This document shows positions 1 through 13,085 of a stretch of DNA of 64,000 nt, piece by piece. Within the stretch, counting starts at the first letter, position 1. Every line of letters begins with the position of its first letter. The stretch is from NCBI GenBank assembly GCA_965285935.1, contig OZ260666.1:65534001-65598000 (forward strand), read 5' to 3'. Below the pieces are notes generated by a model. That model saw only the letters and a list, made by a program, of their open reading frames with translations, did not search any database and had not been told where the DNA came from. Source of the stretch: Ophelia neglecta (taxonomy: Eukaryota). Position numbers and translations under genes: made by a program.

Positions 1-156
1 CTATCAAGAAAGGAACAATAAATGCAGACAAGGGGCAATTATGGCAAAAAACAATAAATATTTAAAAGTTATTACTCTATTTTTCTGTCATAAAGACATA
101 AAGTATGTCTTTATCATCACAAGGAAGAGCTGCATATCCTGCATGGGCAAAGTATG

Positions 157-527
157 CCAGGATTCTTCAAGTATACCAGGTTTCTTCAAGTAAACCAGGG
201 TTCTTCAAGTGTGCCAGGGTTCTTCAAGTGAGCCAGGGTTCTTCAAATAAACCAAGGTTCTTCAAATAAACCAGGGTTCTTCAAATAAACCGGGGTTTTT
301 CAAATAAACCAGAGTTCTTTAAATGAGCCAGGGTTCTTCAAGTGAGCAAAGGTTCTTCAAGTTAACCGGGGTTCTTCAAGTAAACCAAGGTTCTTCAAGT
401 AAACCAGGGTTCTTGAAGTAAACCAGAGTTCTTCTAGTGAGCCAGGGTTCTTCAAGTAAACCAAGGTTCTTCGAGTGAGCCAGGGTTCATCAAGTAAACC
501 AGGGTTCTTCAAGTGATCCAGGGTTCT
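157..527. repeat. Minisatellite, 19-bp unit (CCAGGGTTCTTCAAGTAAA / ...GTGAG), about 19-20 copies
   Basis: CCAGGG recurs at 195, 214, 233 and onward with 19-bp period; copies are head-to-tail with no spacers. Confidence 0.95.
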
Positions 528-3500
528 CCTCTGACTTTCAGATCCTACATAGCAGAGTGTGTACTGCTAATTCTGTTTCTATTTTATAGCAATATTCAGT
601 TTCTCAGACCGGCCATAAATCTTCGCTGTGTTCGATAAAATATTTCGGCAATCCATGCTGTCCTAAAAATTGTAGGCTTACTCCTGTAACCAGGGATAAT
701 AATTTTACTCAATCATCAACAAAAATCATTCTTTTTTGATGCAGTCATGAGGTCAATTAGACTGTTTGCTGTGGATGTAGAAATACCTGCAGGTATTACT
801 TCCACTGAATCTAAACTATAAACACTACTTGACTTCAATATTAATGCCCCTATTTTAAAAGAATATATTTTCACGGTTGGGTGTTCCTTTCAAAATTGGA
901 GAATTCCAATTTTGTCTCTTTCTACTAAGATTATTGGGAAATTTTAATTATCCACTGGGTCATTGATAAAATAAATGAATTATCAGAATAGAGTTATTTT
1001 GCTTCAAGTTAAGAACAATTCAGAACATATATTCTGTATTGAGTAGCCATATTGACCAGTATATTGATTGGCTGACCTGCTGTTTTGCATAGCCACAGAC
1101 CCTTGAGCACTGGCGAACGTGCCAATATACCAGATATGGTCTATACATGGACAGGCGCAGATTCATTGCTACAGAGAGCTCAAACAGGGATACATTTGAT
1201 GGCCATTGCAAACACAGAGGAGCCTTCTGGGTCTAAAGAGACTACAAGCTGAGTAACAGTGTCCCTAGCGGAGATGATCCCTCTAAGTCCAGGGTTATGC
1301 CCGGCAGGAGCATGAAGAATTGGGTCAAATGCCCTGGACACATAATCAGGAGAGACCTGACCACAGCCTCAGAGAAATTGGACAATTGTGTGTGCTCAAC
1401 AGTCCGATTTGCTAATGACAATACCAAATGATTAATACTGTTATTTGCTATATCTACTCAGCATACTGTTATTGTATTGTACCAAAGGAGATCACATTCT
1501 GATAGTGTTTGGAATGTAATGGCAGGGTTGAAGAAATAACAAAATCCACTCAGTTATAGGTCATGACGGATAGCGTGGTTTTTCCAATTTGAGTAAAGGC
1601 ACTTTAGATGATTATTTGAGCACCTTGACATAATAAGCAAGCTTTATAAGGGTGTTTGGCACTGTCAATATTATAGATGCGCTGGGGTCAAGCTAAATAG
1701 AACTCTATAGAAAATCCCTATAAAATAGTCCCATAGAAGCCTTAGAAAGGCCTTCTAATAAACAGACAATCTCAGCCTGGAGTAAACTTTTACCTAAACC
1801 GATTAGCCTGTGACACTGTGGACCCCAATCTCAGAATGAGGCTCATTGCAGCGATAGCTCAGTGTCAAGACAACCAATTTTAAAAGGAGTAGAGCCAAAT
1901 TGGATAACAATCGTGAAGTTTTCACTTCATCATTCTAATGTCAAGAGGCACCAGTCTGACTGACTGGTTCTCTGCAGTTTGCTGCTTTGCACGAGAAGAA
2001 CACAGCTCTCTTTTTTATGTTAAAAAATCTACCATACAGCAAAGGAATGCTTACATCAGGAAAACCAGTATTGGACTTACAAAAAAAATTGAAAAAAAAA
2101 TTATGTATCACCCTTAATATTGAAATGGGCTGGAAAAAATGATCTTTTCTTTTTCCTACTCTATTTAGTGAAATATATCATCACAATGATTAGGTCTGGC
2201 ATGATCTTTAAGAGCTTTTCCAGCACACAATGTCTCTTGCATTACAAAAAGGGTTGTCCTTTTCTTCATCTTACTAATAGGTTCTCAACTGCATTCATAG
2301 ATTTTAATCTCATCCTTCACCTCTGTAGAAGAAGCCAACCCATTACCTTTATCTTTTGTCACTGTACCACTAAACATGCCACAAACTGATGGAGTTACAA
2401 GCCTATGCTCAGTAATGTAAAATTACCATTACAAAAAATAATCCACTATTTTTTTAGAATTTAGGCAATAAAATGAAAGGTAATAAAATGAAAAGTTGAT
2501 CTGCAATGAAATTCACCCTGGGACTCTTTCATATTGATTGTTCATGACCCCAGTATTTCTCATGAGTTCATATCTATTTCTAGACTTTTTTTGATTACTC
2601 TCACTTTTTCTCTTTTATTTGCAAACAAATGCAGTCTTTATCAGTTTTTGATGGCCATCTCTTTCAGATTTTCCACCATCAGGCAGTTGATGCTTTTTAC
2701 TAATTCTGCAGTCTTGCCGACATGGGAAGCACCCATTTCTCGGCTGCTCATAAGACATTTTTAGCATCATCAGGAGACAAGATGAGGGAGAGATTCCTTA
2801 AGGGGCTCGTTACAATACAAAAGCTGCTTCAACTCCTTTTAGCGGCAAATTCAATTACCTACCTGGAGACGGCCAACCGCAATTGTCTCCTTTTTCTTTC
2901 AAGGGCATTATGGCAACGCTATAACTCTCTGTACCTACTCCGTACCTGCCGATGATGGCAGGCTGCACTTTGGCATTTTCTGCCGATGCCCAAGGAGGTT
3001 GAATACGTGTGAAAGGCAACAGGAAAATGTACACCAAACTGCGTCAAAAATGATGTCACTATTCAGGAAGTAATTCAATGTGGCACCTAAGGGCACAGTG
3101 GGTGAACAGGAAATTAGCAATCCATAAAACATGTAGGAATTGAGACCAGCGATGTGGGGTTTGGGATATGTTGTGGTGAGTCTGGATTTTTGAAGCATTG
3201 ATTTTCGCTGAAACTTACAAATCTGCCAAGTCCCTAGCATTTTTTTAACAACACACCCTTAAGGATAGAAAACAACATGATGTGTCTCTGATTGTCAGAG
3301 TCCAAATGTATTTAAAATAATTTCATATTAGGATATGGCAAAAATATAACATTCATTGCTCTGATCACTAATGAAACTATTTGGGTCTCAAATGCTCTTC
3401 AAAGCTATCATTTTAATATATAATAGTGTCAGTGTTTGCTGACTATCTCCCTTGAGCTCAGCAAGTACCCAAGTACTAATATAGACTGATTCACTGCCAC

Positions 3501-6198
3501 AGTAATGAAACTCATTTATTTATTTTTTCCCTTGGACGAGCAGGCTTAATTCTCATTTCTATTCAACATCCATAGAAATTGAAACTTCTGCTGGGGCTAA
3601 CCAAGTTATCAGCATCAACCTTGCAGGGTCAGCATTAGTGTTGCCTGAGATTTGTTATGCTCTGCAATTTTCTATAATTTTGTAGTACTCAATGCATTCA
3701 CAATGTCAACAGGTACAATCTTTGTTATCACAGGGATCCACACTTTTTGTCATTTAATAATTATGTTTCCATTTTCATCATGATGCATCAAGTTTTTTTC
3801 AATGACCTCCTCAAAAAAAAGCAAAAATAGTACAGTCTTGAATAATTATAGAGTAATAATAAAATTATTCAGCTTACCTCAGGCTCAAATATTTCAAAAT
3901 TATTACCTGGACTTTAATAATTATCCTAGTCTTACCAATTATCATATAACTCAAGCTTATGGTCCCAGTATGATAATCCCAATGTCTCTTTGTATTAATT
4001 CCCCCTGAGGATCTCTCAAGTGAGCATGTTAAACTAGATGGACCAATGATTCCAAGCAGGTGGGTATATACATATGAATTACTTGAATTATCAAATTGCA
4101 TGAGTAGTATTTTCTTTTATTTCAGATATTAATATTCATACTGGAATATTCCAAGCACCCTGTTTATTCAATAAATGAAGACAGTCAGGCCATTGCAGCC
4201 CTGAGTGAAGTCAAAGAAATATCTGCAATGGAAGTGCAGTGACCTGCAGATGGAATTTGATCAATCTTTCAGACCAATTGAGTAATAAAGGCAATCAACT
4301 CCTAACCACCAGCAGACGTGACCATATTAGACCCAGCGGCCAAACCCAGGACTGCTTGTAAGACATGTATAGTAGGGACATCTACTATCTACCAGGACAC
4401 TGATGTGGTTGAGCAATCAGAGCCAAGGCTTGCCATTCACTGTCCATGCTGTCCGAGGACCACTATGATACTATTATGTATTCTGAGCCACCAGCATACA
4501 ATTTTCAACTCAATATAGTAGTTTTATAAACTTGATGACTAGTTTTACATTCTAGCAAATGCCAGCCTCTTGCCTCTTAAATTGTATTCTAGTAATAGTT
4601 GATGACACTGAGCAAGTTGCTTGATTATATACAGATCCCTGATATTATCAAACAGATTGATCAGTGTAATCATACAGATTTTGCATGTCTGTCAAATTTG
4701 TATTCCTACTGATGTTATCAGCTTGACAGAGTACTGACCCAGATTATCTTCATAAATCCTCCCAGAGTTTGCATAAGATTAGCTAAATTAACAAACCAAT
4801 CCTGCATCCATTAATTAATCAAACAGAACAGGGAGATATGTGAACATGGAAAATGTGCGATGTGTACTCAAATGTGCTAACACAGACTATCCCTTCACTT
4901 CCATTCTTTGCAAAATATTGCTCAGTCAGGTAAAACCTTTTCCGAAGTTTAAAATAGCAGTGTCAGCTTCAATTTTCACCTTTTTCTGCCTAGACTGCAT
5001 CAAGTTACAGAGCCCCTAAGTGATTTTCTGCTACCAGAGCTATTTGCCAAGTGTCAAGTGGTCAAGGCTATACTGAGAGCCACCATTTCCACCATGTTCA
5101 CACCTGACCTTTCCTGGCTGGCTCGCTCCGGCCTCCCACTGAAGAGACCAAATGCTCTGTGCACCCTTTGGCCCATATCTGCCCTGACAATGCCCTGACA
5201 CTTACACCAGCTATTTTTCAGCTTTCAACACCAGCTTGCATGATGATATTCATGGAGAATTGACCCAGGACTACACAGAACCAATACACTCCAGCGGCGA
5301 GTGGCAGCCGCCTATTGATTTTACCAGCTCCCTGCATACCTCCATATCAGTGCTGCAAGTAGCTAGCAGCTTGCAGCTTGGCCTTGGCCTAAAAGGGAAT
5401 GAGGTATATGTCTGACCAGCAATGATAGCTTCTGTTTGAACAACGAGATGCTCAGACACTTGTATACTCATCACTATGCTCGCCTGGCCACGCTGACAAC
5501 TGTAGGAAAACTTGAATGCAATGACCAAATATCAGAGGTGGACAGGTTTGCTGCTTCATGGATTTGTGTGCACATATTACATACCAACTGAATTGCCTGT
5601 CTGTGCCTGCCACTTCTGGCCTCTAATTCCTAGCACAGCTAAGGCCAGGCGCCCACCTCACACAGATTACAATGTATGCCGCTGACACTCTAAGACATGC
5701 CATACTAAGATAGAAGCTCAATAAGGCATCCTGCACCAACAGCCAATCATTTGACCTTGAGACGAAAGGAGGTTGCCTGGGGATGCAAAACGATCAGTTG
5801 TGGATAAGAATAAAATCAGCAGTCATCAACTGTGGTCGACAGATCTGCTGGCAACGGTTTGTCACAGGTCCCGCTAACGCAATCGATGGGAGGAAGAACG
5901 TCTAAAACGTCTTCAATTTTCCCCCAATCACTGCTGAATGTGAACTATCACTACCACTTTATCAACTACAGAATCTGCATAGGCTTCAGTGCCTAGCAAT
6001 TGGCTACAATGTATCTAAAGCACTGGCTTTGCTTAAAGTCCTTACTGGTGCCATAAAGGGGCCAGTAGCCATCATTTTGTATGAAACTATAAAATAACAG
6101 ACCTGGGGCCACTGGAGCAACTTACTATAATTCTGCCTTATGAAATGGAATGAGAGAGATAACCTCTGGTCTATACCATAGATTGCAAATGATTATTT

Positions 6199-6470
6199 TC
6201 ATGTTGCCTGCATGTCCAATCTTGTTTGGATGTGAAACGTGAATGGGTCCTCAAAATTTCTTGTGAAATCAAGTTTTACCAAGATTTTTTGTAATATGCT
6301 TGAATGATAAGACTTTATAAAGGTAGGTAATGTTGCTTGAAAAGCCATCAGGTCCCCATTCTCACTCCCTACATTATTCCAGCATAACACAACATGCCGT
6401 GAGCATTGCTTGAAATGTACATATTATTGTGGTAAGGCCATTGATTCCTTTATTAACTCGTAGTTTGGGC
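6199..6470 (-). mobile_element. Decayed non-LTR retrotransposon reverse-transcriptase fragment (possibly CRE/RLE-type)
   Basis: Minus-strand translation NVGSENGDLMAFQATLPTFI...KILVKLDFTRNF resembles the RT segment QLGVG..GG.EAAVHA.R.FI...KLDFxNAFN. It is preceded by an NKGINGLTTIICTF piece resembling NKKDGGIRPIAVGCTF. Stops and frameshifts are present. Confidence 0.45.
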
Positions 6471-9400
6471 TGGTAGTGCATGACATGTTTAGGCTACAAC
6501 AATCCTAACACACATTTCTCCCACAAAAGCTAAACACTAATGACGACGTTTGATGCCAAATAAAAACCAGAGTCTGTGTACTATTTCAGGTGCTGTCAAT
6601 ACCCTGCCAATAAGAGTAAGAGGCGGGCGGGTGTATTTACCTGGGACCCTATTGAGGATTATAGATCCAGGAGGTGCATTGGTGTGGGAGTGAAGTCAGA
6701 GAGGGGGAGTAGAGAGGGGGATCAATACTCTCCTAATACCAACATGGCAGGGACCCAGGGAGAGTGTAGGCCACTGCTGAAAGCAGTAAGACATACACTA
6801 CACAGGGCTCCCACATATCAATAGCCAGTTTCAGTAAAACTGGCAATGCAAATAGCAGCAGAAAGTAAGGAGCCATGTTTTAGGTCATGGCTCTGGAGAT
6901 AGACCAACAAACTGGCAAGAGAATACAGCCAAGAGGAAGCAATGCCTTAAGAGAAGTGGCCTCATATCACACCAGGGAATGCCTAGGGAAGGAGAGAGCT
7001 GTCCATTGAGCAGGAGATGGTGAAGAGGTCAGCCACCAGGAGCAGGGTAGATCAATGGAGGAGGCCAGGAAGCTGGACCCTGATGGAGGTGGCCATAGAA
7101 GAGAGGAGAGCAGGGGAGTATGGTAGATACAGAGGTAGTTATAAGTCTCCCAGAAAGAAAAGGCCATTGGAGGTAAGAATGGAGACAATGGAGACCAGAG
7201 GAGAGAAGGAGGATAACTTAAAGCTAAATAACATAGATATTGAAGGAGGAGATCAGCTAGAAGACAGCCAGGGAGCAATGCTGAGAGAAGGAGCAGAGGA
7301 GATAATTACAGACTCAGACACAGAATGATTAGTACTGCAAGGAGGCATTGACTGCAGGAGAGTACCACTCAAGGGATCTTGCATTGTCTCCTGGGTAACC
7401 GCTCCCTTTTTTTCACACCATGTTCACAAGTTTGTCCTAATGGAAGTTTCTGTGGCCATAGAACATGAGAGATTATCTAAATCATTCTTTCAGAGCAGAG
7501 GGTTTCCTCCTTTGTCTCATTATGAATACCCATGCTATCTGTATTGATCTTAATCTAGCCTTGCCACTGAATATTTTAACAGACATCCTATTTCAGAAAA
7601 TAATTGTAGGGAAGTAGCTGAATGTCACCAAGAACAATAACACAGGAGGACACGCTTCACGCTTAGCCTCCTCGTTAATCCTAACTGATGACAATTTATA
7701 ATTTTGCAAAGCCACAGAAGTGTACATGACCATGCATTGCTGCAGTGACATCTCTGGGGAGCTTTGTAGCCATGCCACCATAAGACCAATGCTTAAATGG
7801 CATGACATTCAGTGACATGTCAAGATATAATGGGATCATCTCCATACTACAGGAACTTCCAATTCTGTTTTAACTCAAATACAACAGAATTTTGATTCAT
7901 ATGTTGCCTAAAATATGGACTTGTTATGTTAAACTATCTTATTCAGGTTGTAGTTCTTACACACAAAAAGTACAACATGTATATGCACTAAACGGAGATC
8001 GAGTCGGTGGTTTCCACTACAGGCAATCATAGCTTAAGGCTGGTTAAGTCCGGGGAAGTTCTGATCCTGTCCCTGGAAATCCAGAGATGGGGGTCACTCC
8101 TGTGGTGGCCAAATCCAGACTGCCCCGTAGTTATAAAATAAATCCTAGCTTTTTGCCTTTTTGCAATCACATGACTGGCCCTGGCAGCCAATCCCAGGCT
8201 TGCACACAAAACATGTGAGAGTGGCCACCTCCTGGCCAACTGCATCCACAGCCTGATCTGACTGGCTAGGCTGTGTCTTCAAATCATAACTGATAATTTA
8301 ACCAGAGTGGCTTGTTTATTTTACAGAAACAGGAAAACTAGGGACAATAGAGAAGGGCTATATAAGACATTAGCAAAGGGCCAGATTAGTGGGATTGTAT
8401 AATAAGGAAATAGGAACAAAGATTATCACAGGATTTGTTGGTGCCCTTTGTGTCAGATGGCTTCTGCAGCCAAAGCAATCAGACCTCAATTAAACACTTA
8501 GTCTCCAAATATTTAAGTTTCACACAAAAAAGTGTGTACAAGAAAAATGAAATAAAAATTGGCAATATCACTTGTAATAGGATTCTGCCCTAAAGTTAGG
8601 TTGACATTGAGGCACAGCACATACCAATCAATACACTGAAAAATACAGTGGTTGTATGTCAGAACAACCCATCAACTGTTAGTAGTAAAACTAGAAACAT
8701 CTCGGATATTCAATCACTGACAATCTACAATGAAAAATCTGTCATACAGCAACAGAAAAGTCCAATCATCCATGCACAAAGCCATTACCAGTGAATTAAC
8801 AGATTTGTTTGCCATGACCAGGGCTTAATTGCAATACTCTACTTGCGGCTGCAAAACATAAATGATAATGTTTAAATCTTGAATCATGGCAGCTGTTTGT
8901 TTAGGAGGAAACAGCTGAGGAAAACTATAGAAAGAGAGAAAACACCATCAAGAGCTAGCTGTTGAAGGAGTAATTTTCTGGCTTAAACAGTCTCAACAAA
9001 TCCTAGGAAAAACAAATGATCGACGAAAAACTATAGCCCAATTTCAGAAGGAAGGGCGCAAAAAGTTCTTTCACATGAACAGCCTCATAAAACTTTCAAA
9101 GATCATGCAGTGAATTTTCCCACTTCTTAGACTTCATCTCAATTCCAGACAGAAACAGACAGAGGGTTATTCAATCAGTTTTTGTTGATCCGCCTGAACT
9201 TTTCCCACTGCTGACTGATCTCTCAATAAAAGAGTGGATCTTTTTATCTGAGGTTTTGCTGATTTGATACCATTTAATGATATTAAGATGTTAGTACTTC
9301 ATGTCTGCCTAACACTGATAAAGCTTTCTTTTATGTCATTTCTTTGTATAATACAATAACAACCTCTATTAAAGTAACAATATTAACAACATCCATCATA

Positions 9401-12400
9401 GCTATACCCAATTTAGAAATTTTATGATAAGGTCTTGACAAAGGTCTTGTTGTTGCAGCTTTTGAAGCAAAAGCTATTGATTGTGTTGACATTCAGAATA
9501 GAATTCTGCTGCCCAAATGAAACCCTGGTTAATGGGTATTTTCTTTACCCTTGACGGTACCACCGCAACCTAAGTGGCTTCACGGCATCTGAGCAAGGAC
9601 GAAGCCCATGGGTGACAAACTTTGCAATGAAACAAGAGTGTTTTTCACTAATTTGAACACTTTCATTTATCTACAAACAGATGCCTACACCACCTTGAAT
9701 AATTTGTCTTGTCTAAAAAGTAAGATGGGTCACACTTACATTCACCTATACAAGCACAAGTAATTCACCACTTTAAAGGAATCAAACAGTTTTTAATCAC
9801 CTGAGGCAGTGGGGTCATACAATTTTCCTCTTTCCTGGCATAAAGGTCCCTAAGCTAGCATCAAAAACCCCAACACAACTCATAAAGAGGGCATAATCTT
9901 GGTCATGTCAGGTAAGATTCATTCATAGTTTGCGGGCAAAAAGATGATTACTTCGGACCAATGTTCGGTGATAAAAGTTCAGACAGAGGTACGAACACAG
10001 CGGTCTTGACATTCCATCAGACAAGTATCGATCACATATCAAATATACACAAATTACCATAGTGATAAGACTCTCTGAACCAATCACAATTAGATCCTAT
10101 CATTACCTCTGATTAGAAATGACAGCCGAACATGCAAATATTGGCCAATTGGCACTATACAGGCAAGGTGGCATTCCCTTCTGAAGTTGATGTAGAAGCA
10201 TAGTACCCATGTTCATAGCTATACTGCTATAAAACATGCAACCGGAATATTAACGCCTTGCCTTGGAGAATAGGAGTATTGCACATAATAACGGAAATAT
10301 CATAGCTTAATCACTGGCTTATCCTGAGTGTAACGTGGGCAATAATATTGTCAAACGTTGCAATGAGTCAGTTTTGTTCTACTGGTCCATTTATTAGCCA
10401 TTAAAATGCTTAAGGTGAGGATGCTTTGGTCATGGTCATGATCGATAAACATTATGTACATATTCAGTGTCTGTATTCACTCTTGCCTGCTCATTGGCCA
10501 TTATACATTTTCTCAGCATTTTAATAAATTTTCTCAGGCAAGAAATGTTCACAATCATTCCCGAAAATTACCGGCCTATGCAATTTTTCTATGTGGCCAT
10601 ACTTTCCAGAGCAAATCTCCCTCTACCAATACTCAGGGACTACATTTCATGTTGAGAATATATGATGAAATATTTAAAGTATATGAAATTTTCCTAAAAA
10701 AAATTCTTTTTAGTTACAGTACATATAAACACAATATTTCTTTGTCATCTGTAAGGCATTAAATATGTTATAATCAAGGAGAAACACACAGTTATTGTTG
10801 TAAAAAAAATACTTACTTTGTATTTGGAAATAAATTTCAAGTGATAATTTTAATGCCATGGGGTAAGTATGCCACACAGATAGAAACCTTACACTGATAC
10901 TGAGTACCTCAAACATACAAGGCTTTACAGTGATTAAAAGCTCAGTCACAGAAAGAGACAGAAAAAATCTATAACAAGTTGAGTTATTATCCTTTTAAGT
11001 CAGTTAATTTCAGGGAATACTGGCAAGCATTCTCCAAAGAGAATGGACCTGATGCAAGAATTATGTTACTAAAGAAACAGAGGTAATGCTAACACCACAG
11101 TAGGCATAAACACTGTTATTTTGTTAATTTATCATGATTTGATTTATATTAAAAGCCAGGATCACTTTTTATTTTATTCATCGACTATGGTAATAAATAA
11201 ATATTTATGTGACACTTTCTATGAAGAAGGCAACATATTATTGAGGAATACATATTGTTTGGCAATGCTTTTACAAAGAATTAATTTATGCCCATGAAAT
11301 GTTGTACACTTCAAACTTCTCTAAAAAAAATCATATCCTCTCCCACTGAAGAGTAGAATAATGTAATAAAATTAAGTAAATATAATGGTGCATTACCGTG
11401 CACTACTGAAGGCATTATTTGGTTTCATTCCATGTTTCATCTCTTATTTTTTCCTTGTACACTACACAAGGCTGCCACATATCTATGAGAACTGCTGATC
11501 AGTGGCGGCAAAAAGACCATCCTATCATAATGCTGACGCCCAGAGAGCTCATCTGCTGTCCGTATCATCATGCAGTCTGCCATAAAAACCCAATACAGGA
11601 CTAAGAAAATACACCCATAAACCTTAACACAACATTTATGCAGTAAATGCTAGCCATGCAGACACATTTTGGTGGTAATATGTATAGAGTGGCATTTTAC
11701 CGAGACAGTCTGACTTGTTTACATAATTTGTCCGGCCTTTATGTCACCCCAGGCCAAGCAAAAGAAGTATATAACCCCAAGATATGCCATCCTGGGCCAG
11801 TCGTGGACTGTACAGGACTGGAGTGCCATGGGTACAGGACTGCACTCAAGGCCACAGGAGCCAGTCTCTGGTGCCAGCTTGGCAGAAGGCAAATCAGGCC
11901 ACAAGACGGCAAGAGGAGGGGCCACAGTGCAGTTAAACATGGCAAGGCTTCGGACAAAGTAGTCCACAATATATTGAAAATTGAGAGTGATGTATTTTCT
12001 TATGGGTGAAGTCAAGGTCGAATAGGTCATAAAAAGGGTGCTTAGCTTAATAGATAAATAAAGCATCCAATTGAAGACATTGGCAATGACTTTCTTTCAT
12101 GGATACTTGTATCATGATGGTGGCAACTAAAGACAACATGCCACAAGCTTTGTAGAGGACATTTCAACAGAGAAAGTCTGGCAAAAGAAAAACCAACAAG
12201 CTCCCAATCAATGCCAATTCTCTTACGGGAGAGACATTCAGACAACAAATACATAAATATGTTGTATTTCCACATTCAGACCTAGTTCTGTGCTAATACC
12301 AAAGCCAAATGGAACAGCATATCTGGGCAGGAGCCACATAAACAGTGAAGCATATAAAACCGAATCAGCGACATGTAGATTCAATGGCTAATTCAGCGTA

Positions 12401-12819
12401 ATATATATGAATTTTATAATAAAGATGCATTGATGTCTGACTGTTTGTGTAAAAGGCTGATAAAGCTTGGAAAAGCTACTCAATTCACAGACAGGAGTCT
12501 ACGGTGCCTGGATTGGGGCAATCAGACTTACAGGATAATGAGAATAAGAGGACACTCTGAAAGAAATACGAGAGAAACACAGAGCGTCGCAGGGTCTTAG
12601 AAAAATGTCTTTCAGGCTTCAAGGGTCCAAACATTTGATCAAGTAGGACTGGTGGAGTCCGAGAGGGTAGTTCTCAGAATCAGTAGTGCGGGGCTCCATG
12701 CAGGCAACCAGGGTGGCAAGAAACCAACTAATAAGGCCTCTTGAAAACGTCTAGACCAGCTCTCTGTCCTCCTAGACCAGCTCTCTGTCCCCGATATCCA
12801 CTGCCTTGTCTCTGCGCAT

Positions 12820-13085
12820 AAGAGACATGGTACTGTGTCTAGAAGGGCCTAGAGAGACATTTGACTGTGTGGAGAAGGGTCCAGAGAGACATGGGTCCAT
12901 GTCTACATGGGTCCATGTCTACAAGGGTCGAGAGAGATATGGGAGTACAGGTCTGCAAAGGTCCAAAAATACATGGGACTGTGTCTAGAAGGGTCCAAAG
13001 AGACATGGCATTGTGTTAAAAAGGGTGCAGAGAGACATGGGGAGTACTTGTCGAGAAGGGTTCAGAGACATGGCACTGTACCTAG
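12820..13085. repeat. Degenerate tandem repeat, ~30-bp unit (AGAGACATGGGACTGTGTCTAGAAGGGTCC)
   Basis: AGAGACAT and GAAGGGTCC motifs recur at about 30-bp spacing. Confidence 0.8.

Noticed and set aside
2250-3240. Coding-like minus-strand stretch (e.g. GASHVGKTAELVKSINCLMVENLKEM)
   Set aside because: Multiple stops and no recognisable family; probably a decayed transposon but not supportable by eye.
6967-7328. 103-aa ORFs on both strands
   Set aside because: Purine-rich low-complexity sequence with no homology signal or splice support.
11647-12066. Overlapping 70-120-aa ORFs
   Set aside because: A GC-richer patch open in several frames with no recognisable protein motif; probably a repeat remnant.
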